Positions 1-9,099 of a stretch of 64,000 nucleotides of DNA are shown here, in pieces; position 1 is the stretch's first letter, and each line of letters starts with the position of its first letter. Source of the DNA: Candidatus Latescibacterota bacterium (lineage in GTDB: Bacteria > Latescibacterota > UBA2968 > UBA8231); NCBI GenBank assembly GCA_965261395.1, contig OZ253462.1, positions 3,232,001-3,296,000 on the forward strand. The letters are read 5' to 3'. Made by a program: the position numbers and the translations under genes. The notes under the pieces were generated by a model. That model was not told where the DNA came from, searched no databases, and saw only the letters and a list, made by a program, of their open reading frames with translations.

Positions 1-1
1 G

Positions 2-544
2 GATAACGACGGCTGGGTGGACATCTACCTCGGCAACGGCGGGCCGCAGATGGGCCGGCGCGAGCCGGATGTGCTTTTTCGCAATCAGGGCGACGGCACC
101 TTCGCTGATGCGACAGCAGCCGCCGGGCTGGGGCACTTGGGCAAATCGCACGGCGTGACCTTTGCCGACTTCGACCGCGACGGCGATCTCGATCTGTACG
201 CGCCGGTGGGTGGTGCTCAGCCCGGCGACCAGTGGCCCAACGCGTTCTACCGCAGCGAGGGTTTTGGCAATCACTACTTGGTACTGGAGTTGGAAGGAGT
301 CGAGAGCAATCGCGACGGGATTGGTGCCAAAGTGCGGGTGCAGGCCGGCGACTTGGTGCAGTACCAGGAGGTGGCTTCTGGATACAGCTTTGGCAACAGC
401 AACAGCTTGGAGTTGGAATTTGGGTTGGGGGCGCGCCAACGGGTTGATCGCATCGACATCACTTGGCCGAGCGGGCAGGTCGATGTGTATCGGGACCTTG
501 AGGCCGATCAGCACTTGTTGCTCCGGGAGGGGGAGACGCGGTGA
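2..544 (+). CDS. CRTAC1/FG-GAP repeat protein with ASPIC-UnbV C-terminus (5' partial)
   Basis: The frame is open from base 2 (DNDGWVDIY). It has a DFDRDGDLDLY FG-GAP motif and an ASPIC/UnbV-like tail (SNRDGIGAKV...LEFGLG...ITWPSG). Confidence 0.9.
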   Translation, partial: DNDGWVDIYLGNGGPQMGRREPDVLFRNQGDGTFADATAAAGLGHLGKSHGVTFADFDRDGDLDLYAPVGGAQPGDQWPNAFYRSEGFGNHYLVLELEGVESNRDGIGAKVRVQAGDLVQYQEVASGYSFGNSNSLELEFGLGARQRVDRIDITWPSGQVDVYRDLEADQHLLLREGETR

Positions 545-1929
545 AGGGGCTGGCTGCCATCGCGCTGTTGTTGGCCGGGTGCGCTGCCGAGCCGGACGCT
601 CCGACCGCGTACCGCCAAGCGCAGGAACTAATTGGCGACCGGCCGCTGCGGAGCTTGAGCCAGGCCGAGTTGGTGCAGGCCGAACGTCTAGCAGGACAAG
701 CGCGGGCACTCGATCCTGCGCTGCACGAGGCGACCTTTACTTTAGCTGCGCTCTACGTAGCGCGCGGTGCATACGAAGACGCGACTGCGCTCTACCGCAG
801 CCTAGTGGAAGTGCGCCCCGACGACGGGCGGGTCTATGCCGAATTGGGGCTTAGCCTCGCCGCCCAAGGGCGCTATAGCGGCGCGCTGCGCGCCTATCAA
901 GACGCCGCGCGCCGGGGCGAGAAGTCAGCGCTGATTTACGCGCGGTTGGGCCATGCCTATCAGGCGCTTGGCCACTTACAAGAAAATCTCCACGCGGCGC
1001 GGGCGGCCTATCGCGCCTCCCTACAGCTTGTGCCCGAGCAGGCCGAGGTGCGCTATCAACTGGCACGGGTAGAAGCGCGGTTGGGGCGGGCCGAGGAGGC
1101 GCGCACCTTGATGCAACAGGCGCTCGATGCCGCGCCCGAGGACCCTGGGATCCGAGCCGATCTCGCCGTGCTCTACAGAGAGGCGGGACAACGGCAACTG
1201 GCCCGCGCCGCGCTCGTCGAGGGTTTGGCCACGCGCGATGGGGGCGACGAGGAAGCCGTCTTGCACTATGAACTGGGGCGGCTGCTCTGGGAGGAAGGGG
1301 ATGGCGCAGGGGCACTGGCGCATTTTGAACGGGCGCAGGTCGCCGGTCCCGACCTGCACTTAGTCTATCACTATCTCGGCTTGATCCACAGCGCGGAGGG
1401 GCGGCTGGACTCGGCACTCGCCGCGTTTGTCGAGTTGGCTAGCCGACAGCCCAGCGATGCCGCGGTCCAAGTGAGCATCGGCATCGTCCACAGCCGGATG
1501 GGCGCGCTCGCCGAGGCGGAAGAGGCGTTTAAGGCGGCGATCGCGTTGGGTGGTGCGGAAGGGGACGCGGCCTTGAAGTTGGGAGGTTTATACGTGCATC
1601 AGCGGCGGCTGCGTGCGGCCGTGCAAGTGTTCAAAAAAGCCACGACCGCGCATCCGCATCACGCTGAGCTTTTCGCGGCCCTAGGCGACGTCTATCGGCA
1701 GTTGGGCTTGCTCGGCGCGGCCGTGCAGGCCGGCGAGGAGGCTGTCCGGCTCGAACCCGAGCGGGCGTTGTGGCACTTCCACCTCGCCTCGACCTACGAG
1801 AGATTAGATCCCGACCAAGCGCGGGCCGAGTGGCACGCGTATGCATCTTTGGCAAAGGACGACGAGCGCGAGGCTCAGCGGCTGGCCCACGCGCGCTCGC
1901 GCCTGCAAACCTTACAACAGGAGGAATGA
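541..1929 (+). CDS. TPR-repeat lipoprotein
   Basis: Lipobox LAGC, many 34-aa TPR-like repeats, GTGA overlap with the upstream gene. Confidence 0.85.
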   Translation: MKGLAAIALLLAGCAAEPDAPTAYRQAQELIGDRPLRSLSQAELVQAERLAGQARALDPALHEATFTLAALYVARGAYEDATALYRSLVEVRPDDGRVYAELGLSLAAQGRYSGALRAYQDAARRGEKSALIYARLGHAYQALGHLQENLHAARAAYRASLQLVPEQAEVRYQLARVEARLGRAEEARTLMQQALDAAPEDPGIRADLAVLYREAGQRQLARAALVEGLATRDGGDEEAVLHYELGRLLWEEGDGAGALAHFERAQVAGPDLHLVYHYLGLIHSAEGRLDSALAAFVELASRQPSDAAVQVSIGIVHSRMGALAEAEEAFKAAIALGGAEGDAALKLGGLYVHQRRLRAAVQVFKKATTAHPHHAELFAALGDVYRQLGLLGAAVQAGEEAVRLEPERALWHFHLASTYERLDPDQARAEWHAYASLAKDDEREAQRLAHARSRLQTLQQEE

Positions 1930-2795
1930 TGATCGACCTAGTGGCTTTTGACCTCGACGGCACCGTGCTCGACTCAGAAGGGCGGCTGGCGGCTTCGGCT
2001 GTGGAGGCCATCGAGGAACTGATTGTGCGCGACATACCCACAGCTAGTGTCAGCGGGCGCAGCATCCGTCGCGGCCAATACCCTTTTACGGCCTACCCTG
2101 CACTGGCGCAGGCGCTCTACATAGGTGGCTACAACGGCTCGGTGGTTCTCGGCCCAGGCGAAGGGGCGGAGCGAGAGGTGCTGCGCGAGGAGCGGTTGGA
2201 CGAGGCGTCCTTTGCCCAGATAGTCGAATATGGGCGCGCAGAGGGGCTAAACCTGATCTACTGTCTGTTTGAACGCACGGCTGCCGGGGTCGCCGAGGAG
2301 TACCGGTACGTCCAGCCCATGGATTACCTCGAATCGTTCGAAGAGCCGGGCATGGTGCTCGACGTCGATCTGTACGCACGCTGTCAGAGCGGTGAACTGG
2401 GCGCACCACCCAAGATCATGCTGGAAGTGGAACCGGAGCGGCGAGAACAGCACATCGCCGATATCGAGGCGCTGTGCGGAGATCAGATCTATGTGGCTTG
2501 GGCGAATCCTGGTATGGTGGAATTTATGCGCCGAGGAGTGAATAAGGGCGTGGCTCTGCAGACGCTAACTGAGCAGGTAGGTGGGTGTGCGGAGCGCGTC
2601 TTGGCGATAGGGGATGCGAACAACGACTTGCCGATGTTGCGAGCGGCGGGAATCGGGGTGTTGCTAGGGAATGCAAAGGACGAAGTAAAGGCGGCCGTAG
2701 CCGGGGATAGGGTGAGGATTGGGCCTAGTTTTGCGGAGGATGGATTTGCCAAAATGGTGCGGGAATACGCGCTGGATGGACAGGAGCAAAGATGA
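1926..2795 (+). CDS. Cof-type HAD-IIB hydrolase/phosphatase
   Basis: Motifs DLDGT, GVNKG and GDANND. Start moved to the ATG at 1926 (GAGGA upstream, overlaps the previous stop). Confidence 0.9.
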   Translation: MMIDLVAFDLDGTVLDSEGRLAASAVEAIEELIVRDIPTASVSGRSIRRGQYPFTAYPALAQALYIGGYNGSVVLGPGEGAEREVLREERLDEASFAQIVEYGRAEGLNLIYCLFERTAAGVAEEYRYVQPMDYLESFEEPGMVLDVDLYARCQSGELGAPPKIMLEVEPERREQHIADIEALCGDQIYVAWANPGMVEFMRRGVNKGVALQTLTEQVGGCAERVLAIGDANNDLPMLRAAGIGVLLGNAKDEVKAAVAGDRVRIGPSFAEDGFAKMVREYALDGQEQR

Positions 2796-3499
2796 TGCAG
2801 GTATTTTGCGGGATCGCGCTGTGTGTTGCCGTTGCGGCGTCGGCTTTGGCCGAGGAGGAGCAAGCCGCTGCCGACTCCCTCAAGGGCGGGGAGATGGTAA
2901 AAATCGAGGCAGAAAATCACAGGTTTCACATAGATAAGTACGAGGTGACCAACGAGGAGTACGCAGCGTTTCTGACCGAGCAGGGAAACGCCAAGGTGGA
3001 GGGCATGTACTGGGTGGAACTGGGGAGTCGATACACGGCATTGGTGGAGGAGGAAGGCGTGTTCAAGGTCAAAGAAGGGTTTGCGCGGCATCCGGTCATC
3101 GAGGTGTCGTGGTACGGGGCAATGGCCTATTGCCAGTGGGCGGGCAAGCGCCTGCCGACGCAGGAGGAATGGCAATTCGCCTGCGCGGGAGCTGAAGGGC
3201 TAAAGTATCCGTGGGGCGCGGATTTTGCGGATGGACGCGCCAACATCTTCGGCGAAAAGGACGGCTACGGGCGGACCGCGACGGTGGGGTCCTTTCCAAG
3301 TGGAGCCAGTCCCTTCGGACTCTTGGATATGGGTGGCAATGTGTGGGAGTGGACGCAAGGGGGCGAGAAAGTGCAGTTCCTGCGCGGGGGATCGTGGATC
3401 AACGGCCCTACCTTGACTCAGTGCAATAAGCGGACCAACACCAAGGACTCGCATTCTTATATCAAGGGCAACACCATAGGCTTCCGCTGCGCCCGCTAA
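2792..3499 (+). CDS. Secreted FGE-sulfatase (SUMF1/PvdO-like) domain protein
   Basis: Signal peptide; motifs YEVTN, HPV, KRLPT.EEW, DMGGNVWEW, RGGSW, GFRCA. Confidence 0.9.
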   Translation: MMQVFCGIALCVAVAASALAEEEQAAADSLKGGEMVKIEAENHRFHIDKYEVTNEEYAAFLTEQGNAKVEGMYWVELGSRYTALVEEEGVFKVKEGFARHPVIEVSWYGAMAYCQWAGKRLPTQEEWQFACAGAEGLKYPWGADFADGRANIFGEKDGYGRTATVGSFPSGASPFGLLDMGGNVWEWTQGGEKVQFLRGGSWINGPTLTQCNKRTNTKDSHSYIKGNTIGFRCAR

Positions 3500-3503
3500 G
3501 TCT

Positions 3504-5111
3504 ATGGTCCTCGTCCTTTTGTTCTTCGCCGTCGCCAGCGCCCACGCCGGTCCCCTCTTTGTGGATGCGACGCGAGAAGCCGGTCTGGACCATCCCACCA
3601 TCAACGGCGGCCCGCACAAGCGCTTCATTCTCGAATCCACCGGCAGCGGCGCGGCGTTTTTCGACTACGACGGTGACGGCGATCTCGATCTCTATGTAGT
3701 AAACGGCTCGACCTACGCCCACTATGGTGCGGGGCCGGGCAATGCGCTCTACCGCAACGACGGCGGAGCCTTTGTGGCGGTGGCAGCCGGCGTCGAGGAT
3801 CGCGGTTGGGGCAGCGGCGTGGCGGTGGGAGATTACGACGGCGACGGGCAGCGCGACCTGTATGTGACCAACTATGGCACCAACGCGCTCTATCGCAATC
3901 GCGGTGATGGCACCTTTGCCTCGGTCACAGCGCAGGCTGGGGTTGCCGGCGATGACTTCAGTACGAGCGCGGCGTTTTTCGACTACGATCAAGATGGCGA
4001 TCTCGACCTCTACGTTGCCAATTACGTGGTCTTCGACATCGAGCCGGTGCTGCAAGACCCGGAATTGGAGGATCCCTGCGTCTACTTGGGTGGGTTGCGG
4101 GTCTTTTGCGGCCCGCAGGGCATGGAAGGCGGGCGGGACCGGCTCTACCGCAACGACGGCGGGACCTTTGCCGACGTCACGGCCGCATCCGGCGTGGCCA
4201 CGGCCAATTTCTACTACGGCTTGGGTGTGGTGCCCGCAGACTTTGACCTCGACGGCGACTTGGACCTGTTCGTCGCCAACGACGAGACCCCCAATGTGCT
4301 GTTCCGCAACGACCGCGGTCGCTTGGGCGATATCGGCTTGGCGGCCGGCGTGGCGTACAACGGCGACGGCGAACCCGAGGCGAGCATGGGTGTGGATGCG
4401 GGCGATTGCGACGGCGACGGCGACCTCGACCTCTATGTGACCAACTTCTACGGCGAGACCAATACACTCTATTTGAACTCGGGCGGTGGGACTTTTATTG
4501 ACGCTACGAGTGAGCGCGGCTTGGCCGCCTCGACTGTGAGCTATCTCGGCTGGGGGACGCGCTTTTTCGACTTTGACTTCGACGGCGACTTGGACCTGTT
4601 CGTAGCCAATGGCCACGTCTATCCGCAGGTTGACTCGACCTCAGCGGGGGGGCGCTACGCACAGCGCAACCAGCTTTTCGCCAACGAGGGGACGGGCGTC
4701 TTCGCTGCGGTGGAAGAGGCCGGTCCTGGGCTGTTGGTGCAAAAGTCGAGCCGCGCGACCATCAGCGGCGACTATGACCAAGACGGCGATGTCGATCTGT
4801 TCACGACCAATATCGACGACAGCCCAACGCTCTTGCGCAATGAGACGCGCGCCGGCCACTATCTCGTGGTGCAGATCGACCCGGAAGTCGTCGGCACTTG
4901 GGTGCGGCTGGTAGCGGGCGGGCGGACACAGGTGCGCTCGGTCGGCGGGGCGGCGAGTTACTTGGGCCACAACGACGCGCGCCTTCACTTTGGCTTGGGC
5001 CAGGCCGAGCGCGTCGAGCGGTTAGAGGTGCGGTGGCCCGATGGCGCGGTGACGCGGTTGGAGGACTTGCCAGTGGATGAGGTGGTGGTGGTAAAGGGCG
5101 GGGGCAATTGA
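3504..5111 (+). CDS. CRTAC1-family FG-GAP/ASPIC-UnbV secreted protein
   Basis: Signal peptide, repeated DYDxDGDLDLYV motifs, C-terminal LHFGLG...VRWPDG. Confidence 0.92.
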   Translation: MVLVLLFFAVASAHAGPLFVDATREAGLDHPTINGGPHKRFILESTGSGAAFFDYDGDGDLDLYVVNGSTYAHYGAGPGNALYRNDGGAFVAVAAGVEDRGWGSGVAVGDYDGDGQRDLYVTNYGTNALYRNRGDGTFASVTAQAGVAGDDFSTSAAFFDYDQDGDLDLYVANYVVFDIEPVLQDPELEDPCVYLGGLRVFCGPQGMEGGRDRLYRNDGGTFADVTAASGVATANFYYGLGVVPADFDLDGDLDLFVANDETPNVLFRNDRGRLGDIGLAAGVAYNGDGEPEASMGVDAGDCDGDGDLDLYVTNFYGETNTLYLNSGGGTFIDATSERGLAASTVSYLGWGTRFFDFDFDGDLDLFVANGHVYPQVDSTSAGGRYAQRNQLFANEGTGVFAAVEEAGPGLLVQKSSRATISGDYDQDGDVDLFTTNIDDSPTLLRNETRAGHYLVVQIDPEVVGTWVRLVAGGRTQVRSVGGAASYLGHNDARLHFGLGQAERVERLEVRWPDGAVTRLEDLPVDEVVVVKGGGN

Positions 5112-5136
5112 CGGGGCCATTTTTATTCCCTAGCTT
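5108..5136 (+). promoter_or_regulatory. Putative sigma70 promoter of the ABC operon
   Basis: TTGACG-N17-TAGCTT lies about 30 bp upstream of the ATG at 5169. Confidence 0.45.
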
Positions 5137-5168
5137 TAACGCTTTTCCAAATTTATCCGTATATACTC

Positions 5169-6179
5169 ATGTCTTGGAATTTTGTCGTCAAAAGGGTCGC
5201 CCTTTTCCTGATCGTAGTGTGGGCAGCGGCGAGCGTGAACTTCTTTGTGCCGCGGCTAGGTACCGGCCGCGATCCCATCCGCGAGAAGCTCGGCCAGCTA
5301 GCGGCCAGCGGAGGATTGCGCCAAGACGGCATTGAGGCCATGGTAAAGGCCTATCAGATCAAGTTCGGCCTCGACAAGCCGCTCCACGTCCAATACCTCA
5401 ACTTTCTCAGCGACACCTTTACGCTCGACTTGGGCTATTCGCTGGCCAACTATCCGGCCCGCGTCGGGCAGATCATCGGCAACGCGATCCCCTGGACCAT
5501 TGGGCTGATGATCGTTTCGGTGCTGATCGGGTTTGCCTTGGGCACGCTCTTGGGGGCGATGGCGGCTTGGCCGACGGCACCGCGCTTTATGCGCAACTTG
5601 GCGGTGCCGATGATGACCCTGTCGGCGATTCCTCCCTATCTGCTAGGGCTGATCGTGCTCTACATATTGGGCCTCAAGCTGAGCCTCTTTCCGCTTTCGG
5701 GCGGGTACTCGCCTGGTATGTTGGCGATCTTCAACTTCTCCTTTGCCCTCGATGTGTTGCACCATTCGATTCTGCCAGCAATGGCCATTGTCTTGCAGCA
5801 GACCGGCTTCTGGGCGCTGGGAATGCGGGGGATGATGGTCACGACTTCGGGCGAGGATTACATCACGCTGGCCGAGGCCAATGGCCTGCGCAATCGCACG
5901 ATCTTCTTCCGCTTCGGCCTGCGCAACGCCCTGCTGCCGCAGCTTACTGCATTGGGGCTGTCGCTGGCCAATGTGGTCGCCGGTCAGGTTATCGTCGAGG
6001 TGATTTTCGCCTATCCGGGGATCGGCACGGTGCTCTTTCAGGCCATCCAAGCCTCGGATTATACGGTCATCAACGGCGTGGTGCTGATTTTGATCATGTC
6101 CATCGGCATGGTGACCCTGCTGATGGATTTCTTTTATCCGCTGCTCGACCCGCGGATTTCCCATAGCCGCCACCACTAG
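5169..6179 (+). CDS. Opp/Dpp-family ABC transporter permease (OppB-like)
   Basis: FGLDKPL..QY, DLGYS, EAA loop (DYITLAEANGL...LRNALLP), C-terminal LLDPRI. Confidence 0.93.
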   Translation: MSWNFVVKRVALFLIVVWAAASVNFFVPRLGTGRDPIREKLGQLAASGGLRQDGIEAMVKAYQIKFGLDKPLHVQYLNFLSDTFTLDLGYSLANYPARVGQIIGNAIPWTIGLMIVSVLIGFALGTLLGAMAAWPTAPRFMRNLAVPMMTLSAIPPYLLGLIVLYILGLKLSLFPLSGGYSPGMLAIFNFSFALDVLHHSILPAMAIVLQQTGFWALGMRGMMVTTSGEDYITLAEANGLRNRTIFFRFGLRNALLPQLTALGLSLANVVAGQVIVEVIFAYPGIGTVLFQAIQASDYTVINGVVLILIMSIGMVTLLMDFFYPLLDPRISHSRHH

Positions 6180-6181
6180 CC

Positions 6182-7039
6182 ATGCACCGCTTCGACCAAA
6201 TTCTCTACTACTTGCGCGAAAGCCCGATGCTCGCGGCCGGCCTGTGCATGATCCTGTTGGTGGTGCTCTTCGGGGTCTTGGGGCCGATCTTCGTCGATAC
6301 CTCGCAGGCCCAACCGCTGGCCGCGCCGCCGCGGCAAGCCCCCTCGCTGGAGTACCCCTTTGGCACCGACGACTCCGGCCGCAACCTCCTCGCCGTGATG
6401 GTGGTGGGCGTGCCGCTGACCATGCGGATTGGTCTGTTGGCTGGCACGGTGGGGCTGGGGCTAGGCATTTTCCTCGGCTTTACGAGCGGCTATATGGGCG
6501 GCAAGATCGACACGGTCATCCGCGGCTTCGTGGATACGCTGCTGACCGTACCCGGCCTCGTGGTGCTGGTCTCCATCGCCTCGACGATCCGCGAGGAAAT
6601 CAGCGTCAACATCATGGCCTTGGTGGTGGCTTCGCTGGCGTGGATGTGGCCGACGCGGACGATTCGCTCGCAGGTTTTGACCATGCGCGAGCGGGCGTAC
6701 GTGCAGATGGCCAAACTCAACGGCATGAGCAACGCCGAGATCATCTGGAAGGAGCTTTTCCCCAATCTGCTGCCCTACCTCGCGGCCAATTTTACCAATG
6801 CCGTCAACTGGGCCATTCTCTCGTCAATCGGCCTAGAAGCCCTCGGCTTGGGGCCGCAGAACGATCCCACGATTGGCATGACCATTTATTGGGCCATCAC
6901 GTTCAGCGCGCTCATCCGCGGCATGTGGTGGTGGTGGGCGATACCAATCTTCTTCATCGGCGTGATCTTCGTCGGCTTGTTGATGACTGCGGTTGGCTTA
7001 GACGAGCTGGCTAACCCCAAGCAGCGCAAGGCCGTATGA
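6182..7039 (+). CDS. Opp/Dpp-family ABC transporter permease (OppC-like)
   Basis: PFGTDDSGR motif, EAA loop (YVQMAKLNG...ELFPN), multiple TM helices. Confidence 0.93.
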   Translation: MHRFDQILYYLRESPMLAAGLCMILLVVLFGVLGPIFVDTSQAQPLAAPPRQAPSLEYPFGTDDSGRNLLAVMVVGVPLTMRIGLLAGTVGLGLGIFLGFTSGYMGGKIDTVIRGFVDTLLTVPGLVVLVSIASTIREEISVNIMALVVASLAWMWPTRTIRSQVLTMRERAYVQMAKLNGMSNAEIIWKELFPNLLPYLAANFTNAVNWAILSSIGLEALGLGPQNDPTIGMTIYWAITFSALIRGMWWWWAIPIFFIGVIFVGLLMTAVGLDELANPKQRKAV

Positions 7040-8043
7040 GCAAGGCCGACAAAGAGGTGCTGCTGGACATTCGCGACTTGGAGGTCCACTTTGAGACCCG
7101 GCGCGGCATCGCCCGCGCCGTCAACAAGGTCGATCTGACCCTGTACAAAGGCGAGCGTTTTGGCCTAGTCGGCGAGTCTGGCAGCGGCAAGACCACGTTG
7201 ATTTTGGCGCTGTTGCGGATGATCAAGACGCCCGGCCTCATCGCTGGCGGTAGCGCGACCTTAGACGACGGCACTGACCTGACCAAACTCGACCGCGAGC
7301 AAGTGCGGCAGACCCGGCTCAAGCGGATCGCGATGGTGCCGCAGGGCGCGATGAACTCGCTCAATCCGGTGATGCGGATCGGGGAGCAACTGATGCTGAC
7401 GATGCGCGAGCACGCGACCGATCAGCCCACGCCGCCCAAGGCCGAGCAGTTGGAGCGCGTGATCGAACTATTGGCCAGGGTCGGGCTGAAGTCGGAAGTG
7501 GCCCGCCTCTACCCCCACGAATTGAGCGGCGGCATGAAGCAGCGGGCCTGCATTGCCCAAGCCATCTCGCTTAACCCGCAGCTCATCTTGGCCGACGAGC
7601 CGACCTCCGCCCTCGACGTGGTGGTGCAGCGGCAAATTATGCAGACCTTGCGCCAGCTACAGCACCAGCTCAATGCCACCGTGCTCTTGGTGGGCCACGA
7701 CATGGGCCTGATGGCGCAGTTTGCCGAGCGCGTGGGCATCATGTACGGCGGCAAACTGGTCGAAGTGGGCCGGGTCGAGGAGATTTTTCACAACCCGCAA
7801 CACCCCTATACCCAGCTTTTGATTTCCAGCATTCCCTCTTTTGAGGTCAAGGGCGAGTTCAAGGGCATTCCCGGGGTCGGGCTGTCGTTGTTGGACCCGC
7901 CGTCGGGCTGCCTCTTCCACCCGCGCTGCCCCCAGGCCATGGCCCAGTGCAGCCAGCGCCCACCCACCCTGCAAACGGTCGCCCCCGACCACTTAGTGTC
8001 GTGTTTGTTGCACGAGGAGGACGCAGATGCCCCCGCTTCTTGA
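7036..8043 (+). CDS. ABC transporter ATP-binding protein (OppD-like)
   Basis: GESGSGKT, LSGGMKQR, ADEPT, C-terminal HPYT...GCLFHPRC domain. Confidence 0.95.
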   Translation: MSKADKEVLLDIRDLEVHFETRRGIARAVNKVDLTLYKGERFGLVGESGSGKTTLILALLRMIKTPGLIAGGSATLDDGTDLTKLDREQVRQTRLKRIAMVPQGAMNSLNPVMRIGEQLMLTMREHATDQPTPPKAEQLERVIELLARVGLKSEVARLYPHELSGGMKQRACIAQAISLNPQLILADEPTSALDVVVQRQIMQTLRQLQHQLNATVLLVGHDMGLMAQFAERVGIMYGGKLVEVGRVEEIFHNPQHPYTQLLISSIPSFEVKGEFKGIPGVGLSLLDPPSGCLFHPRCPQAMAQCSQRPPTLQTVAPDHLVSCLLHEEDADAPAS

Positions 8044-9082
8044 GGCGCGCCACCTGCGCAAGGTCTTTCGCAGCGGCGGCGAGCGCTTCGGCCCGAGTAC
8101 CGAGACCATAGCCGTCAGTGATTTTTCCCTGTCGATTGACGCCGACAAGCCCTCCTTTACCACGATTGCCGGCGAGTCGGGCAGCGGCAAGACCACCATC
8201 GCCCGCATATTGCTCGGGGTACTCACCCCCAGCGCCGGCGAGGTGCTCTACCAAGGCCGCAATGTACACGACCTGCAAAAGGAGGAACGGCAGCAATTCC
8301 GCAAAGACGTACAGGCGATCTTTCAAGATCCCTTTGAAGTGTACAATCCCTTCTACAAGATCGATCACATCCTGACGACACCGGTGCGGAAGTTTGGGTT
8401 GGCCGCGTCTAAGGCCGATGCATACGACAAGATACGCGAAGCCCTGCGCACGGTCGGGCTGCGGCCCGAGGAGACCTTGGGGCGCTATCCCCATCAGCTT
8501 TCGGGCGGGCAGCGCCAGCGCATCACCATTGCGCGCGCGCTGTTGCTCAAGCCCAAGCTGATCATCGCCGACGAGCCGGTGTCCATGGTGGACGCCTCGC
8601 TCCGCGCGACCATTCTCTCCACCCTGCACGCGCTGTATCGAGACTTCGGCATTTCCTTCATCTACATCACCCACGACCTGACGACCGCGTACCAAGTCAG
8701 CGAGAACATCGTCATCCTGTTTCACGGGGCCGTGGCCGAGGCTGGCCACACCGAGAAGGTGATCAAGGACCCGCAGCACCCCTATACGCGCGAGCTAATT
8801 CACTCGATTCCAATGCCCGAACCGGGGCGCGAGTGGATCGACGAAGCAGTGGAAGAAAAGGAAGTGGTCGATATAGAGGTTATAGAGGCCGAAGAGGCGG
8901 TTGCCGGCTGCCGCTACGTGCTGCGCTGTCCCCAAGCCATGGCGCAGTGTGCGACCGCGCCGCCGTTTTACCGGCCAGAAGCCGAGCGGGCGGTGGCTTG
9001 TTTTCTGCACGCTGAGTCGCCGGTGTTGGAGAGCGGCGATCTAAACGAAGTGTTCTCGGCTTCGGCCGCCGCGCAAAAATAA
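8027..9082 (+). CDS. ABC transporter ATP-binding protein (OppF-like)
   Basis: GESGSGKT, LSGGQRQR, ADEPVS, HPYT...GCRY..RC. Confidence 0.95.
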   Translation: MPPLLEARHLRKVFRSGGERFGPSTETIAVSDFSLSIDADKPSFTTIAGESGSGKTTIARILLGVLTPSAGEVLYQGRNVHDLQKEERQQFRKDVQAIFQDPFEVYNPFYKIDHILTTPVRKFGLAASKADAYDKIREALRTVGLRPEETLGRYPHQLSGGQRQRITIARALLLKPKLIIADEPVSMVDASLRATILSTLHALYRDFGISFIYITHDLTTAYQVSENIVILFHGAVAEAGHTEKVIKDPQHPYTRELIHSIPMPEPGREWIDEAVEEKEVVDIEVIEAEEAVAGCRYVLRCPQAMAQCATAPPFYRPEAERAVACFLHAESPVLESGDLNEVFSASAAAQK

Positions 9083-9099
9083 TTTTCCGGAGGGATATC

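Noticed and set aside
3655-4810. Recurring GACGGCGAC(C/T)T(C/G)GAC DNA repeats suggesting a CRISPR-like array
   Set aside because: They encode FG-GAP DxDGDLD motifs, are irregularly spaced and degenerate, and no cas genes are present.
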